Shown here: piece after piece, positions 15,049 through 24,238 of the stretch
How the letters are laid out: every line of letters starts with the position of its first letter
Position numbering within the stretch: position 1 is the stretch's first letter
Origin: an uncultured Candidatus Saccharibacteria bacterium
GTDB taxonomy: Bacteria; Patescibacteriota; Minisyncoccia; Phycocordibacterales; PCTT01
Assembly: GCA_964566505.1 (NCBI GenBank)
Contig: CAZMIM010000002.1
Location: 46,529 to 110,528, forward strand
Direction: 5' to 3'
DNA length: 64,000 bases
Translations under genes and position numbers: made by a program
The notes under the pieces: model-generated
Told to the model about the DNA's origin: nothing
The model's database searches: none
Seen by the model: the letters and a program-made list of their open reading frames with translations, nothing else

Positions 15049-15930
15049 TTACAGCAAAAGTACACCAATTGCTGAGGTAAACAGTGGCATGTGGTTGTGA
15101 TGAATCGGTGGTACATCAGTGCTGGTATACCCAACATGCTCAAGAGGGTTTGGCACACGAAGTGTGTATGGAAGTTGCGATACGAGCGTATTATATAGCG
15201 CGCCTCCCCGAACTATATCTCCCGAAAGGAAAAGAGCACCGACGCTACCTTCTTCAAAAGCCCCCTCAAAAAAACTCAATCTTTCTATTAACTCATGTAT
15301 ACATCGTTTTATATCGGTATAAGAATCGAACGCGCTCCCAAAAGGTATTTGTGAGCGATACAAACACACTCCATTTTTTACAACATAAACATATGAATAC
15401 ACCGGACCAACATCCAAAACTGCGATAGGGCTCTCCTCTCTAGGTAACGCTGAAGAAACTGCCTTATGATGAAGCTCTATTGCAGATGGAGTAATACCAG
15501 CTTCTTCGAAAATGTTTATATACTCTTCCACCATAGTCTCTGGAACCAAAGACACATTAAAGCGAGCTTTGTCTTCACCAATAAATACTGGGGTTATGTC
15601 CATTGCATATGCATCTAGTTGTATCTCTGGATGCTCTTTAGAAAGTGCCTCATATATATAGTGCTCGCTATATTCCCCCACATTTGGTATCTCCACAGTA
15701 ATAACAAGTGCATACGGGTCATAAAGAGAAACCTTTGCATCACGAATACCCGAATCAAGACGAAGGGTCCGTAGTGCATCAAAAAGACCTTCTTTGTCGC
15801 GCACTACACCATGCTCCAAAACTCCTTCAGGCATCTTCATGTCTTGGAAATGAGTAACTATATACGTGCTTCCTTTTGGAGCCAAACACACAAGTCGTAA
15901 TGAATTGTCAGAAATAGAAATACCGTTCAT
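15049..15930 (-). CDS. PilM-like actin-fold type IV pilus assembly protein
   Basis: The 293-aa ORF's N-terminal strand pattern (LRLVCLAPKGSTYIV...) and a central DVGPVYSYVYVVKNG...IPFG segment resemble PilM/FtsA-type sugar-kinase folds. The assignment is tentative. Confidence 0.45.
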   Translation of the reverse strand: MNGISISDNSLRLVCLAPKGSTYIVTHFQDMKMPEGVLEHGVVRDKEGLFDALRTLRLDSGIRDAKVSLYDPYALVITVEIPNVGEYSEHYIYEALSKEHPEIQLDAYAMDITPVFIGEDKARFNVSLVPETMVEEYINIFEEAGITPSAIELHHKAVSSALPREESPIAVLDVGPVYSYVYVVKNGVCLYRSQIPFGSAFDSYTDIKRCIHELIERLSFFEGAFEEGSVGALFLSGDIVRGGALYNTLVSQLPYTLRVPNPLEHVGYTSTDVPPIHHNHMPLFTSAIGVLLL

Positions 15931-15937
15931 GTCTTTA

Positions 15938-16513
15938 TTATATAAGAAAGATTAAAAGAACAAGAAAAACAACCACCAAAGAAAGTATATTGAAATACTT
16001 AACCACAAAATCGTGGGCTCTCTCTCCAAAATGTTTCATTGCATATCCTTCTACAAAAAAGCGAATTCCCCGCCCCAAAACAGAAGCGATAACAAAGACG
16101 AGAAAGTTAATCTTGAATACACCAGCAGCTATGGTAAATACCTTGTATGGAATAGGTGTAAATGCGGACACAAACACCGAAATGAATGCGTTGTTTGCAT
16201 ATAGTGTCTGCACATGCGCAAAATCTTCAACCAAGTTATATGTAGTAAGGACCCACTCACCAAACGCATCAAAAAGAAAATACCCTATCGCATATCCAAA
16301 CACACCTCCAAGTACAGAAAAAATAGTTGTTATTGATGAGTATGTAACCCACCTATGTGGCACATAAAGAAGTATAGCTACCAAAAATACATCAGGTGGA
16401 ATAAGAAAAAATGACGCCTCAGAAAACGCCACAAGAGCAAGAATCACTCGTGAACGAGTTGAATCTGCATATTTCTCTATTGAACTTAAAAGATGTTCCT
16501 TGATGGTGTCCAT
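15938..16513 (-). CDS. DedA/YqaA-family (SNARE-associated-like) membrane protein
   Basis: The 191-aa ORF has the ...FSEASFFLIPPDVFLVAIL... signature of the DedA/YqaA family and multiple TM helices. Confidence 0.6.
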   Translation of the reverse strand: MDTIKEHLLSSIEKYADSTRSRVILALVAFSEASFFLIPPDVFLVAILLYVPHRWVTYSSITTIFSVLGGVFGYAIGYFLFDAFGEWVLTTYNLVEDFAHVQTLYANNAFISVFVSAFTPIPYKVFTIAAGVFKINFLVFVIASVLGRGIRFFVEGYAMKHFGERAHDFVVKYFNILSLVVVFLVLLIFLI

Positions 16514-16521
16514 ACCATCTA

Positions 16522-16848
16522 TTATCCCACACGAGCTCCAGGACTCACATCAATATGTGGATGAAGAAGTGCAAATGTATCACCTCCTACGGCAAGTATC
16601 ATTCCATTACTCTCTATACCTCTAATCTCTCGTGGCTCTAGGTTTGTCACAAATGGAACTTGTTTCCCTACCAAATCTTCAGGTGAGACGTGCTCGCGAA
16701 TGCCTGAAACAATTGTTCTCTCTTCCTCTTCTCCAAGATTTACAGAGAGCTTAAGCAGCTTATCTGCGTCTTCTACAATTTCTGCAGATGTAATGGTTCC
16801 GATTTGAATATTTATTGATTTGAATTGGTCGATGTTTATTTTAGTCAT
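16522..16848 (-). CDS. tRNA-binding (CsaA/Trbp111/EMAP-like OB-fold) protein
   Basis: From the internal Met the sequence reads MTKINIDQFKSINIQIGTI...VGKQVPFVTNLEPREIRGIESNGMIL, the classic tRNA-binding-domain pattern. Confidence 0.7.
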   Translation of the reverse strand: MTKINIDQFKSINIQIGTITSAEIVEDADKLLKLSVNLGEEEERTIVSGIREHVSPEDLVGKQVPFVTNLEPREIRGIESNGMILAVGGDTFALLHPHIDVSPGARVG

Positions 16849-18037
16849 TGTTTTGTAGTTTAGTTGCAAGCTTATTCTCATTGGCAGAAGAAAGGATTGA
16901 TGATTTAAATGTTCTCGTGATTCTTTTTCGCTCTTTGTGAGAACGAAACGCTTGTGATATTAAATCATCCAGAAGTGTCTTTAGCTCTACCCCACTTTCT
17001 TTCCATAAATGATGATAAAGAGTACCCGGTATTGTATTTACTTCGTTTGCAAAAAGCTCTCCCGATTCTTTATTGTAGAGAAAATCAACTCTGGCCATTC
17101 CTTCGCAACCAAGCATATTAAAAATGTCTTTAGATATTTGCTGTGTTTTCTCTGTTATATCACTTGGGATATCTGCTGGTATTACAAAACCTTTTTCATT
17201 TGTGCCTGTCTGCGTTCCACCATCATTTATGTATTTATCTTCATAAGAAAATAACCCTTCTGTATAAAGAGACTGCTGTACAAACGATGCCTCAAGCCCC
17301 ATATCTGCCTCTCTCACGGCACAAGTAAGGTCTACAAGATTATCAACTGCACGCTCAATCAACACTTTTGAATCATAATGAAATGCAACTTCAATAGCTG
17401 TTTCCAGATCATTTGTATTATCAACTTTTGTAATACCAATAGACGAACCGGCTCGAGCAGGCTTAACAAAAACAGGAAGGCCTATTGAATCCACGTGTGA
17501 GAGAATCGCATCTTTATGCGCTTCCCACTTTGCTTTTGTTACAGCGGTATAAGGTGCGGTTTTTATCTCTTGTGCTGTATATAGCTCTTTTGTAAGCTCT
17601 TTATCCATTGAAATTGAAGAGGAAGCAACGCCACAACCAACATATGGCACACCAAGCATCTCAAACATTCCTTGTATTGTTCCGTCTTCGCCAAACTCTC
17701 CATGAAATACTGGGAATGCGACATCAATCTCCACCTTCTTAGAGAAAAGACCTCCTTTTTCAAGAGTCATTTTCTCTGATGTATCAGCGTACACCTTCCA
17801 TCCTCCATGTTTTCTCAAGTTGTCTATGTGGTCTTCGTTTTTGAAAAAAGAAATATCACCAAGCTCGTCTGAAACATACCAAAGACCTTCCCTGTCGATA
17901 TACACAGGAACCACTTCATATCCAGACTTCTTTAGTCCTTTTATTACTAGTTGTGCTGAGATTATAGAGACATCATGCTCTGGGGTTCGAGAGCCAAAAA
18001 ATACTCCCACTTTGCTTTTAGTATTCATAGTACCCAT
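16841..18037 (-). CDS. ddl: D-alanine--D-alanine ligase
   Basis: The 398-aa ATP-grasp ORF has the FPVFHGEFGEDGTIQG motif and Ddl-type N and C domains. Confidence 0.9.
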   Translation of the reverse strand: MGTMNTKSKVGVFFGSRTPEHDVSIISAQLVIKGLKKSGYEVVPVYIDREGLWYVSDELGDISFFKNEDHIDNLRKHGGWKVYADTSEKMTLEKGGLFSKKVEIDVAFPVFHGEFGEDGTIQGMFEMLGVPYVGCGVASSSISMDKELTKELYTAQEIKTAPYTAVTKAKWEAHKDAILSHVDSIGLPVFVKPARAGSSIGITKVDNTNDLETAIEVAFHYDSKVLIERAVDNLVDLTCAVREADMGLEASFVQQSLYTEGLFSYEDKYINDGGTQTGTNEKGFVIPADIPSDITEKTQQISKDIFNMLGCEGMARVDFLYNKESGELFANEVNTIPGTLYHHLWKESGVELKTLLDDLISQAFRSHKERKRITRTFKSSILSSANENKLATKLQNND

Positions 18038-18043
18038 TCTATA

Positions 18044-19504
18044 TTAGAGGTAGTTATCAGGCCAATCGTTTTGATACAAAACTACATCACCTGAAACAAG
18101 TTCTTTTGCAACCCGAGTATGCATCTCTTTTGAGTTTTGTGAAATATTAATATTTCTCTCTGGGAAATTTTTCTCTTGTAGACCTGTGTGAATATAGTCT
18201 GACACAGAATTCTCTACAAGAAACACAAGGTCAGCAACTTCTGCTATTTGGTTCCCAAGAATTCGATGCACAGCCTCCGTCTCACTTCCCATCTCTACGA
18301 GGCCTGGAGTAACATATATTTTTCGTCTATTTTCAAACTGTGAAAGCACAGAAAGAGCCTCTTTTGCTCCAGCGGGATTACCGTTGTAACTGTCATCTAC
18401 AACCACAATATTATTTGGAGTTCGCGCAGAAGATAGTCTGTGTGGTGCAGGGGCGACACCAAGAAGTGCGCTCCTAATCTGTGCGTCAGAAAGGCCAAAC
18501 TCTTTACCAACAATAAATCCAGCAACTGCATTTCCTATCACATATGAAGCAAGTATTTTTGTTCGTATTTCTCCAACCAGGTTTTTGTCGCGAAGAAGTG
18601 TGAAATGAAGCCCTCCTCCGTCTTGGTCAAATATTTTATTTGTATATGTATATCGAGAGAGTGAATTATTATCACTGCTGTAATAATGTGTGATTTGATT
18701 TCCTATAAACTCTCTCGCGCTTTTCACAACACGCATATCATCAGCATTAAGAATCACAACCCCGTCTGGTGCACACTCTGTCACAATCTCAAACTTGGTC
18801 TTTATAGTGGTAGAAATACTTCCAAAACGCTCTAGGTGAGCCTCGTTTATGCCTGTAAGAATAGATATGTCAGGTCGTGCAATCTGGCAAAGCTCTTTGA
18901 TATCCCCTGCCTCATGTGCGCCCATCTCCACTACAAAAACTTCTGTGTCCTTATCTATCTCTCTTAGAATCTGTTCTGATATCCCAAGTGGTGTATTAAA
19001 GTTCTCTTTTGTTTTTACAACATTAAAGTGTGGCTCAAGAACGCGAGCTACCATCTCCTTCATGGTTGTTTTCCCATAGCTTCCCGTGATTGCAACTACC
19101 TTTATGTTTGGAAAGCTTTCAAGCCTTTTTCGTGCCTTTCGCACAATCGACTCTTTCAAAATCAAATCAAGAGGAGAAAGAATCACTGTCGCAAGCGCGA
19201 GTGGGATTGCATACAAAAACGAGAGTAGGAATGGAGCAATCCATATCAATATCATGCTGTAATACGAAAGTGGCAATATCCAAGTAATCAGTGAAAATAT
19301 TCCATATACATACCCAACAATCGAGATGATGAGTACTGCGTACATTTTTGGAGTCCAGACTATTTCTTTGTTTTGTTTTCGCCCAAAACCAAGACGAGTT
19401 TCTTTTAAAACATTAAAAAAGCGCTCTAGGTCATAGTTCTCTAGTTGCAATATATAGAGCGCGTATCGAAAGAAATGAGTGATTTGTTTTTCTATTGGAG
19501 TCAT
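18044..19504 (-). CDS. murF: UDP-MurNAc-tripeptide--D-Ala-D-Ala ligase (MurF-type Mur ligase) with an N-terminal membrane anchor
   Basis: The ORF has the VVAITGSYGKTTMKEM P-loop and Mur-ligase central and C domains. The first ~120 aa carry about three TM helices instead of the canonical soluble N-domain. Confidence 0.75.
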   Translation of the reverse strand: MTPIEKQITHFFRYALYILQLENYDLERFFNVLKETRLGFGRKQNKEIVWTPKMYAVLIISIVGYVYGIFSLITWILPLSYYSMILIWIAPFLLSFLYAIPLALATVILSPLDLILKESIVRKARKRLESFPNIKVVAITGSYGKTTMKEMVARVLEPHFNVVKTKENFNTPLGISEQILREIDKDTEVFVVEMGAHEAGDIKELCQIARPDISILTGINEAHLERFGSISTTIKTKFEIVTECAPDGVVILNADDMRVVKSAREFIGNQITHYYSSDNNSLSRYTYTNKIFDQDGGGLHFTLLRDKNLVGEIRTKILASYVIGNAVAGFIVGKEFGLSDAQIRSALLGVAPAPHRLSSARTPNNIVVVDDSYNGNPAGAKEALSVLSQFENRRKIYVTPGLVEMGSETEAVHRILGNQIAEVADLVFLVENSVSDYIHTGLQEKNFPERNINISQNSKEMHTRVAKELVSGDVVLYQNDWPDNYL

Positions 19505-20262
19505 GATGATATGAATTGTCTCAAGCTGTCACAAAATTGTGGCAGTGAATCATTAAAAACGTAGTGTCCTGCAGAATCTATGACAGTTAGTGTTGATTGG
19601 GGTATCACTTCGTTGAGTGAGCGTGCTATTGATACAGGGACCGCTTTGTCATCCCTACCCCAAATCAGCAATGTTGGTATCTGTATGTGAGAATACGCCA
19701 GAGTATCATCAATGGCAAGGCTTTTTCTAAATGTACCTTCTAGATCGGGCCGAAGTGTGTAGTCAGAGCCAGCAAGCTTGTAAAGCTTTTTCTTCGCTCG
19801 TTTTGGTACAACTCTCTTAAACAAACGAGAAACAAACCCCACCCCTTTCTTTATTTGAATGTTTTCTCGTACTCCAGATGAGCCTACCAAAACGAGCGAA
19901 CGCACCTCTGGCACAGAACCGTCTGAAAGTCGTGCTGCAACACGACCACCAAATGAGTGTCCCACCACCACAATATTATTAAGACCAAGACGCTTTATAA
20001 ATGCTTTTACTACACGCGCATAATCTTCTGGAGAAAAATCCTCTCTAGGATTTTCTGAATCACCAAAACCAGGCAAATCGATTGTATATATAGACGAAAC
20101 CTCGTCATTACATGCATTTATCACACCATACCAACAACGTGAATCTGAGCCCCAACCATGAAGCAAAAGAAGTTCTGGTCCATTTTCATTTCCACCACCA
20201 AAAACCCTATAAGATACAAGTTGGTCCTCTGCAATAATTTGTTTTATGTTGCTACTCTGCAT
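19501..20262 (-). CDS. alpha/beta-hydrolase-fold protein
   Basis: The ORF has LLLLHGWGSD and the nucleophile elbow VVVGHSFGGRVA. Confidence 0.7.
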   Translation of the reverse strand: MQSSNIKQIIAEDQLVSYRVFGGGNENGPELLLLHGWGSDSRCWYGVINACNDEVSSIYTIDLPGFGDSENPREDFSPEDYARVVKAFIKRLGLNNIVVVGHSFGGRVAARLSDGSVPEVRSLVLVGSSGVRENIQIKKGVGFVSRLFKRVVPKRAKKKLYKLAGSDYTLRPDLEGTFRKSLAIDDTLAYSHIQIPTLLIWGRDDKAVPVSIARSLNEVIPQSTLTVIDSAGHYVFNDSLPQFCDSLRQFISS

Positions 20263-20638
20263 TGTTTTTTGAATCTAAATACGACTGCAAAATTATTGCC
20301 GCAGCTGAAGCATCAAGTTGTGTGTTGTGTGGGTTCTCTTTTGAAGCTTGGTGTGAAGAAAGAAACTCTGGTTCATACACAATATCAATATCAAATCGGT
20401 GCTCTAACTCTTTTTTAAACCGCTCGATTGAGTCCATTATTGGATTATCACTTCCATCAAATCTTTTTGATTCACCAAGCACCACAGTACTTATCCTGTG
20501 TGTTTCCAAAAGCTCTCTTAGATCTCTGTATAAAAACTTATCATTCGGAAGCGTAGCTTTAGGAAATGCGATTGTTCCATTTTTGTCTGAGAGCGCTATA
20601 CCAATACGCTTAGCGCCATAATCAATTCCCATATACAT
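20252..20638 (-). CDS. ruvX: YqgF/RuvX-family putative pre-16S rRNA nuclease (Holliday-junction-resolvase-like)
   Basis: The ORF begins MYMGIDYGAKRIGIALSD..., the typical YqgF N-terminus. Confidence 0.8.
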   Translation of the reverse strand: MYMGIDYGAKRIGIALSDKNGTIAFPKATLPNDKFLYRDLRELLETHRISTVVLGESKRFDGSDNPIMDSIERFKKELEHRFDIDIVYEPEFLSSHQASKENPHNTQLDASAAAIILQSYLDSKNNAE

Positions 20639-20708
20639 ACTAAAAGCGTATCACAAAATAGCTCCTTTTATATAGGCGGATAACTCTATTACTGATATAC
20701 TCTGTATT

Positions 20709-20969
20709 ATGATCACAGAAACACTTACAAACGCAGGTACTCTCGCAATGATTTTCTTTGTGTTGTTTATGATTTGGAGTCTCTTCTGGAAGGGTTGGGC
20801 ACTATGGGTCTCAGCTCGAAACGGAAACAAAAAGTGGTTTATTGCACTTTTGATTCTAAACACACTTGGAATACTAGAGATTCTCTACATCTTTTACTTC
20901 TCACGAAAAAAAGGAGAGGATAATAAAGAGGAAGAGAAAGTACTTGAAGTTGAGATAGAAAGAGGATAA
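20709..20969 (+). CDS. small membrane protein with a charged tail (hypothetical)
   Basis: The 86-aa ORF has two hydrophobic helices followed by a K/E-rich tail. It competes with an overlapping minus-strand ORF that looks less gene-like. Confidence 0.3.
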   Translation: MITETLTNAGTLAMIFFVLFMIWSLFWKGWALWVSARNGNKKWFIALLILNTLGILEILYIFYFSRKKGEDNKEEEKVLEVEIERG

Positions 20970-21012
20970 CAACACACAAAAATGTGTTGTTATTTTATGG
21001 TATAATGGATTA

Positions 21013-21468
21013 GTGGAAAAGTATAAAAGAAATCCAAATACAAAATGTACAATTTGTGACAAGGAAATCTACAAAAGACCTGGCCAGATCAAACAAAATA
21101 AAGGTAATGTTTTTTGCGGTCAAAAGTGTTACGGAATTTATTGTAGAAAAGAGATTCCTTGTTTGGTTTGTAATAAGCCCATACTAGCTGGTTTAAATAA
21201 AAAAACATGCAGTCGCTCATGCGCAAACAAAAACCGTGCTGGCAACAATTATAAAACCGGTAGAAAGAGAGATAAAGTTAAATCTCAAAAATTTATCAAA
21301 AAGAGGTTATTGGAGGATCGTGGTAAAAAATGTGAGCGTTGTGGTTTTTCAAATCCAAATATTTTACACACCCATCACAAGGACCGTGATAGAAGGAATA
21401 ATAAAATGAGCAATTTAGAACTACTCTGTCCAAACTGCCACGCCATAGAGCACTTACAAAAAATTTAA
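21013..21468 (+). CDS. HNH endonuclease with an N-terminal Cys-rich zinc-ribbon region
   Basis: The C-terminal HNH motif reads CERCG...LHTHHKDRDRRNN...LELLCPNCHAIEH, and several CxxC pairs lie upstream. The gene sits immediately 5' of tRNA-Ser. Confidence 0.7.
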   Translation: MEKYKRNPNTKCTICDKEIYKRPGQIKQNKGNVFCGQKCYGIYCRKEIPCLVCNKPILAGLNKKTCSRSCANKNRAGNNYKTGRKRDKVKSQKFIKKRLLEDRGKKCERCGFSNPNILHTHHKDRDRRNNKMSNLELLCPNCHAIEHLQKI

Positions 21469-21495
21469 ATCGTGATACTATACGCCAGTATACAG

Positions 21496-21580
21496 GGAGA
21501 GGTGCCGGAGTGGTCGAACGGACTTGTCTTGAAAACAAGCGTAGGGCAACCTACCGTGGGTTCGAATCCCACCCTCTCCG
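21496..21580 (+). tRNA. tRNA-Ser (anticodon TGA), long variable arm
   Basis: GGAGAGG...CTTGT-CTTGAAA-ACAAG...V-arm...GGGTTCGAATCCC...CCTCTCC-G. Confidence 0.85.
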
Positions 21581-21596
21581 CACAATATAAAAGGTT

Positions 21597-21621
21597 CCAA
21601 TGTTTTGCATTGGGATTTTTT
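21597..21621 (+). terminator. rho-independent terminator of tRNA-Ser
   Basis: ccaatgttttgcattgg is followed by gattttttg. Confidence 0.55.
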
Positions 21622-21634
21622 GTTTTGTATATAT

Positions 21635-21751
21635 GGGATTCGAACTGGAAGAGGGGTCGGGAGAAACTCTAGTTTCTCCCGTGGAGGAAAGCATTGAAAA
21701 CCGAGAGGTTTTTAAGGAGCGAAGCGACGTGAGATTCCCACCCTCTCCGCA
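21635..21751 (+). repeat. tRNA-linked repeat element, copy C (partner tRNA-Ser)
   Basis: This 117-nt element has distal 15 nt (cccaccctctccgca, 21737-21751) that exactly repeat 21568-21582, the tRNA-Ser 3' end. Its proximal GGGATTCGAAC is the reverse complement of the tRNA-Ser T-loop (TTCGAATCCC). Its core, GGGGTCGGGAGAAACTCTAGTTTCTCCCGTGGAGGA, is shared with copies A and B. Confidence 0.65.
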
Positions 21752-21787
21752 TTAAAGATAAAGTGTCGGAGTAGCCTAGTCTATTTA

Positions 21788-22549
21788 TTATTGATGTAAT
21801 TTTTTTAACTCCACCTCATTCATTCCTAGTTGGGTAATCATATACTTACTTCCATTAAAGTGTAAGTGGGCGTTATCGTGTACTAGTCTATGTAGTGTTC
21901 GTCTAAGATTTTTTTTCATAGATGGCTTGATCCATTTTTCTATCTCTTCATAAGTTGCGCCTAAATCGCCTCGTTCATATAACAACAACAAAATATATTG
22001 GCTAGCTTTAAGATTAGGTTTTAAGATTTTTAAAAACCCATCAAAATTTTGAATTGCCGGAATACGTCTTATCACTAAACTATTAATGATTTTCTGAGCT
22101 TCGTCAGCAGCACATCCATGATATAAACGCACAAATTCAGCAAGAGTCCAATCAATTCCAGAGACGACAATTGTTGCGTCTTGCATACTTGGATCTATGT
22201 CATCAGAGAGATGTGCCGCATCTCTATTATTGCGTATATCATAAATTACTCTTAATGTACGAGGAATATGTAAGCGGATTGAATCAGAATGTAAATGCTT
22301 TGGGGTGTTTGAAAGATTAATTGCCAATTTCTCAACGTCTAATTGTCTTCCCAGCGGCGTAAAACTACCAGTCGTTATTTGTTCTAGTAAACGAAAGGCA
22401 GCTTCACAAAATCGTCCACCCTCCACAGCATTCAATCTCAGACCACCAACTTGAAATTCTTGCTTTGCCTCTATATAGGATTCCAAAAGCTCATCAACTA
22501 ATGAGTGGTCAAAATGAGCGTAAAGGCTGGATTGAATAACGGTAAACAT
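21788..22549 (-). CDS. Abi-like (AbiD/AbiF-type, HEPN-superfamily) protein; putative abortive-infection or toxin RNase
   Basis: The 253-aa ORF carries IYDIRNNRDAAHL, which fits the Rx4-6H HEPN motif in an Abi_2-like context. It is coupled to the upstream 22570-23112 ORF. Confidence 0.4.
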   Translation of the reverse strand: MFTVIQSSLYAHFDHSLVDELLESYIEAKQEFQVGGLRLNAVEGGRFCEAAFRLLEQITTGSFTPLGRQLDVEKLAINLSNTPKHLHSDSIRLHIPRTLRVIYDIRNNRDAAHLSDDIDPSMQDATIVVSGIDWTLAEFVRLYHGCAADEAQKIINSLVIRRIPAIQNFDGFLKILKPNLKASQYILLLLYERGDLGATYEEIEKWIKPSMKKNLRRTLHRLVHDNAHLHFNGSKYMITQLGMNEVELKKLHQ

Positions 22550-22569
22550 AAGCCTGTATTCATTATTTG

Positions 22570-23112
22570 TTACTTGCTAGTTTTCTTTTTTCTTTTAGCC
22601 GAATATTTCTTTCGCTTAACTTTATTCTTTTCTATGGCTTTTTTTACCTCTTCTCGGTCAGGGAGTGCTTCTACCACAGCTTCTCCTAAAACTGACATTT
22701 GTTTATTACCTGCTCCAGCTTTGGCAAAATATCCATCTCTTTCTGCATTTCGAACAAATACGGCAGTGTTTGAGAAATCTGGTTGTGCGGCATCCCGATT
22801 TAGCTTTGTAATATTTTTAGTTTTAAAATGTGGGGTATCAGCATAGTGAGATAGATAATATCCAAGACATGTCACCCTCTCAACCTCAGAAGAAGGCTTT
22901 TTAAGAGACATGAAATCCTTAGGCGTCAAAGGCTGACCATTTTTAGTATTTGGATTATCATTACCAAGCAAATCTGAGCTTGCTTTTAACCCTCCGCCCA
23001 TAATCAACAAGATGACTTCTCGTGCAACTTTCTCTGTAATACTTTTGTCTTTTATTGTTATATCTCCTCCTGATAAATTTAATTTATATAATGGTTGTTT
23101 TTCGTTTTCCAT
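22570..23112 (-). CDS. hypothetical protein with a basic C-terminal tail, the upstream partner of the Abi-like gene
   Basis: The 180-aa ORF has no recognisable family. It sits 20 nt upstream of the HEPN-like gene on the same strand. Confidence 0.4.
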   Translation of the reverse strand: MENEKQPLYKLNLSGGDITIKDKSITEKVAREVILLIMGGGLKASSDLLGNDNPNTKNGQPLTPKDFMSLKKPSSEVERVTCLGYYLSHYADTPHFKTKNITKLNRDAAQPDFSNTAVFVRNAERDGYFAKAGAGNKQMSVLGEAVVEALPDREEVKKAIEKNKVKRKKYSAKRKKKTSK

Positions 23113-23380
23113 ATATGCTAAATTAGTCTAATAAATCATAAAGTTAGTCTACATATGACTTTTATGACTGTCAAGTATAAAAATTTATGAAATTTACCAT
23201 TTAACACGAACACTTCAAATCTTTTCTAGAAAAAAATTTCCCCATAAAACCTTCTGTTGTTTTGTATTACTTAGCGCTTAACCCGAAGTGGTTCGCATTA
23301 AAACAACCCGAATTATCGGGTTGTTTTTATTCCCATAAATATTGTTTTTACAAATCTCTGGGATGTTACAATAACAATAT

Positions 23381-23788
23381 ATGAAAAGAGGTTTTACGCT
23401 CATAGAACTCCTTGTTGTAATAGCAATTATCGCAGTGCTCACATCTGTTGCACTTGCTTCATTTGAGCAAGCAAAAATAAAAGCACGAGACGCACGAAGA
23501 ATGTCTGATCTTGGTGAAATCGAAAACGCACTCAACCTATATTTCACAGAACACAATCTATTCCCTATTGAACCTTCGGTTGTCACAATCACAGGAGAAG
23601 ATGATTTCTCAACAACCCTCGAAACAGGAGGACACATCAGCGAAACTCCAATAGATCCATTTTCTCCAACATACGACTATACATATGTATCAAACTCTTC
23701 AGGAACGACATATACAATTACATTTTGTCTTGAGGGAACATCTATCGCGAGTTATGCTCAAGGATGTAGTAACACACTCACACCATAA
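23381..23788 (+). CDS. type IV pilin / pseudopilin (prepilin-type N-terminal cleavage/methylation domain)
   Basis: MKRGFTLIELLVVIAIIAVL is the class III signal with G-1/F+1/E+5. Confidence 0.8.
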   Translation: MKRGFTLIELLVVIAIIAVLTSVALASFEQAKIKARDARRMSDLGEIENALNLYFTEHNLFPIEPSVVTITGEDDFSTTLETGGHISETPIDPFSPTYDYTYVSNSSGTTYTITFCLEGTSIASYAQGCSNTLTP

Positions 23789-23790
23789 TT

Positions 23791-24234
23791 ATGTTTCAAT
23801 GGCGCACAGCAGAATATGACCTTATAGAAAAAGGAGTTGATTGGTTTATTGCCGTGTTTGTGATTGCGATTTCTATCGCAGTTAGCGCATTTATGTTTGG
23901 AAATATTTTGTTTGGAGTGTTTGTAATTGTTGCAGCCATTGCGCTATCGCTCCAAGGTGCTAGAGATCCAGATATTCTCGATGTTGAAGTAAATGAACGA
24001 GGTATTTCTATAAATGAGAAGTTTCTTGCATATAAAGATCTAAATGCTTTTTGGGTAGAATATGACTCGCAGCTACTTCTAATTCGAACACAAAAATTAT
24101 TTCATCCACATATAGTTCTCCCTGTCACAGATGTAGATAGCGACGAACTCGCCGAGTATTTGTCTAACTTTCTAGAAGAGGAAGAAATGGAAGAATCTCT
24201 CTTTCATAAGATTTTGGAATACTTGGGATTTTAA
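23791..24234 (+). CDS. hypothetical two-TM membrane protein
   Basis: The 147-aa ORF starts 3 nt after the pilin stop and has two hydrophobic helices followed by an acidic C-terminus. Confidence 0.45.
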   Translation: MFQWRTAEYDLIEKGVDWFIAVFVIAISIAVSAFMFGNILFGVFVIVAAIALSLQGARDPDILDVEVNERGISINEKFLAYKDLNAFWVEYDSQLLLIRTQKLFHPHIVLPVTDVDSDELAEYLSNFLEEEEMEESLFHKILEYLGF

Positions 24235-24238
24235 TTTG

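Noticed and set aside
20651-20863. 70-aa minus-strand ORF overlapping the 20709-20969 small membrane protein ORF.
   Set aside because: The two ORFs are mutually exclusive. The plus-strand ORF has a TM-plus-charged-tail architecture and better context, though neither is strongly supported.
21472-21672. 66-aa plus-strand ORF spanning tRNA-Ser.
   Set aside because: It is entirely explained by the tRNA-Ser gene plus its terminator and the start of element C.
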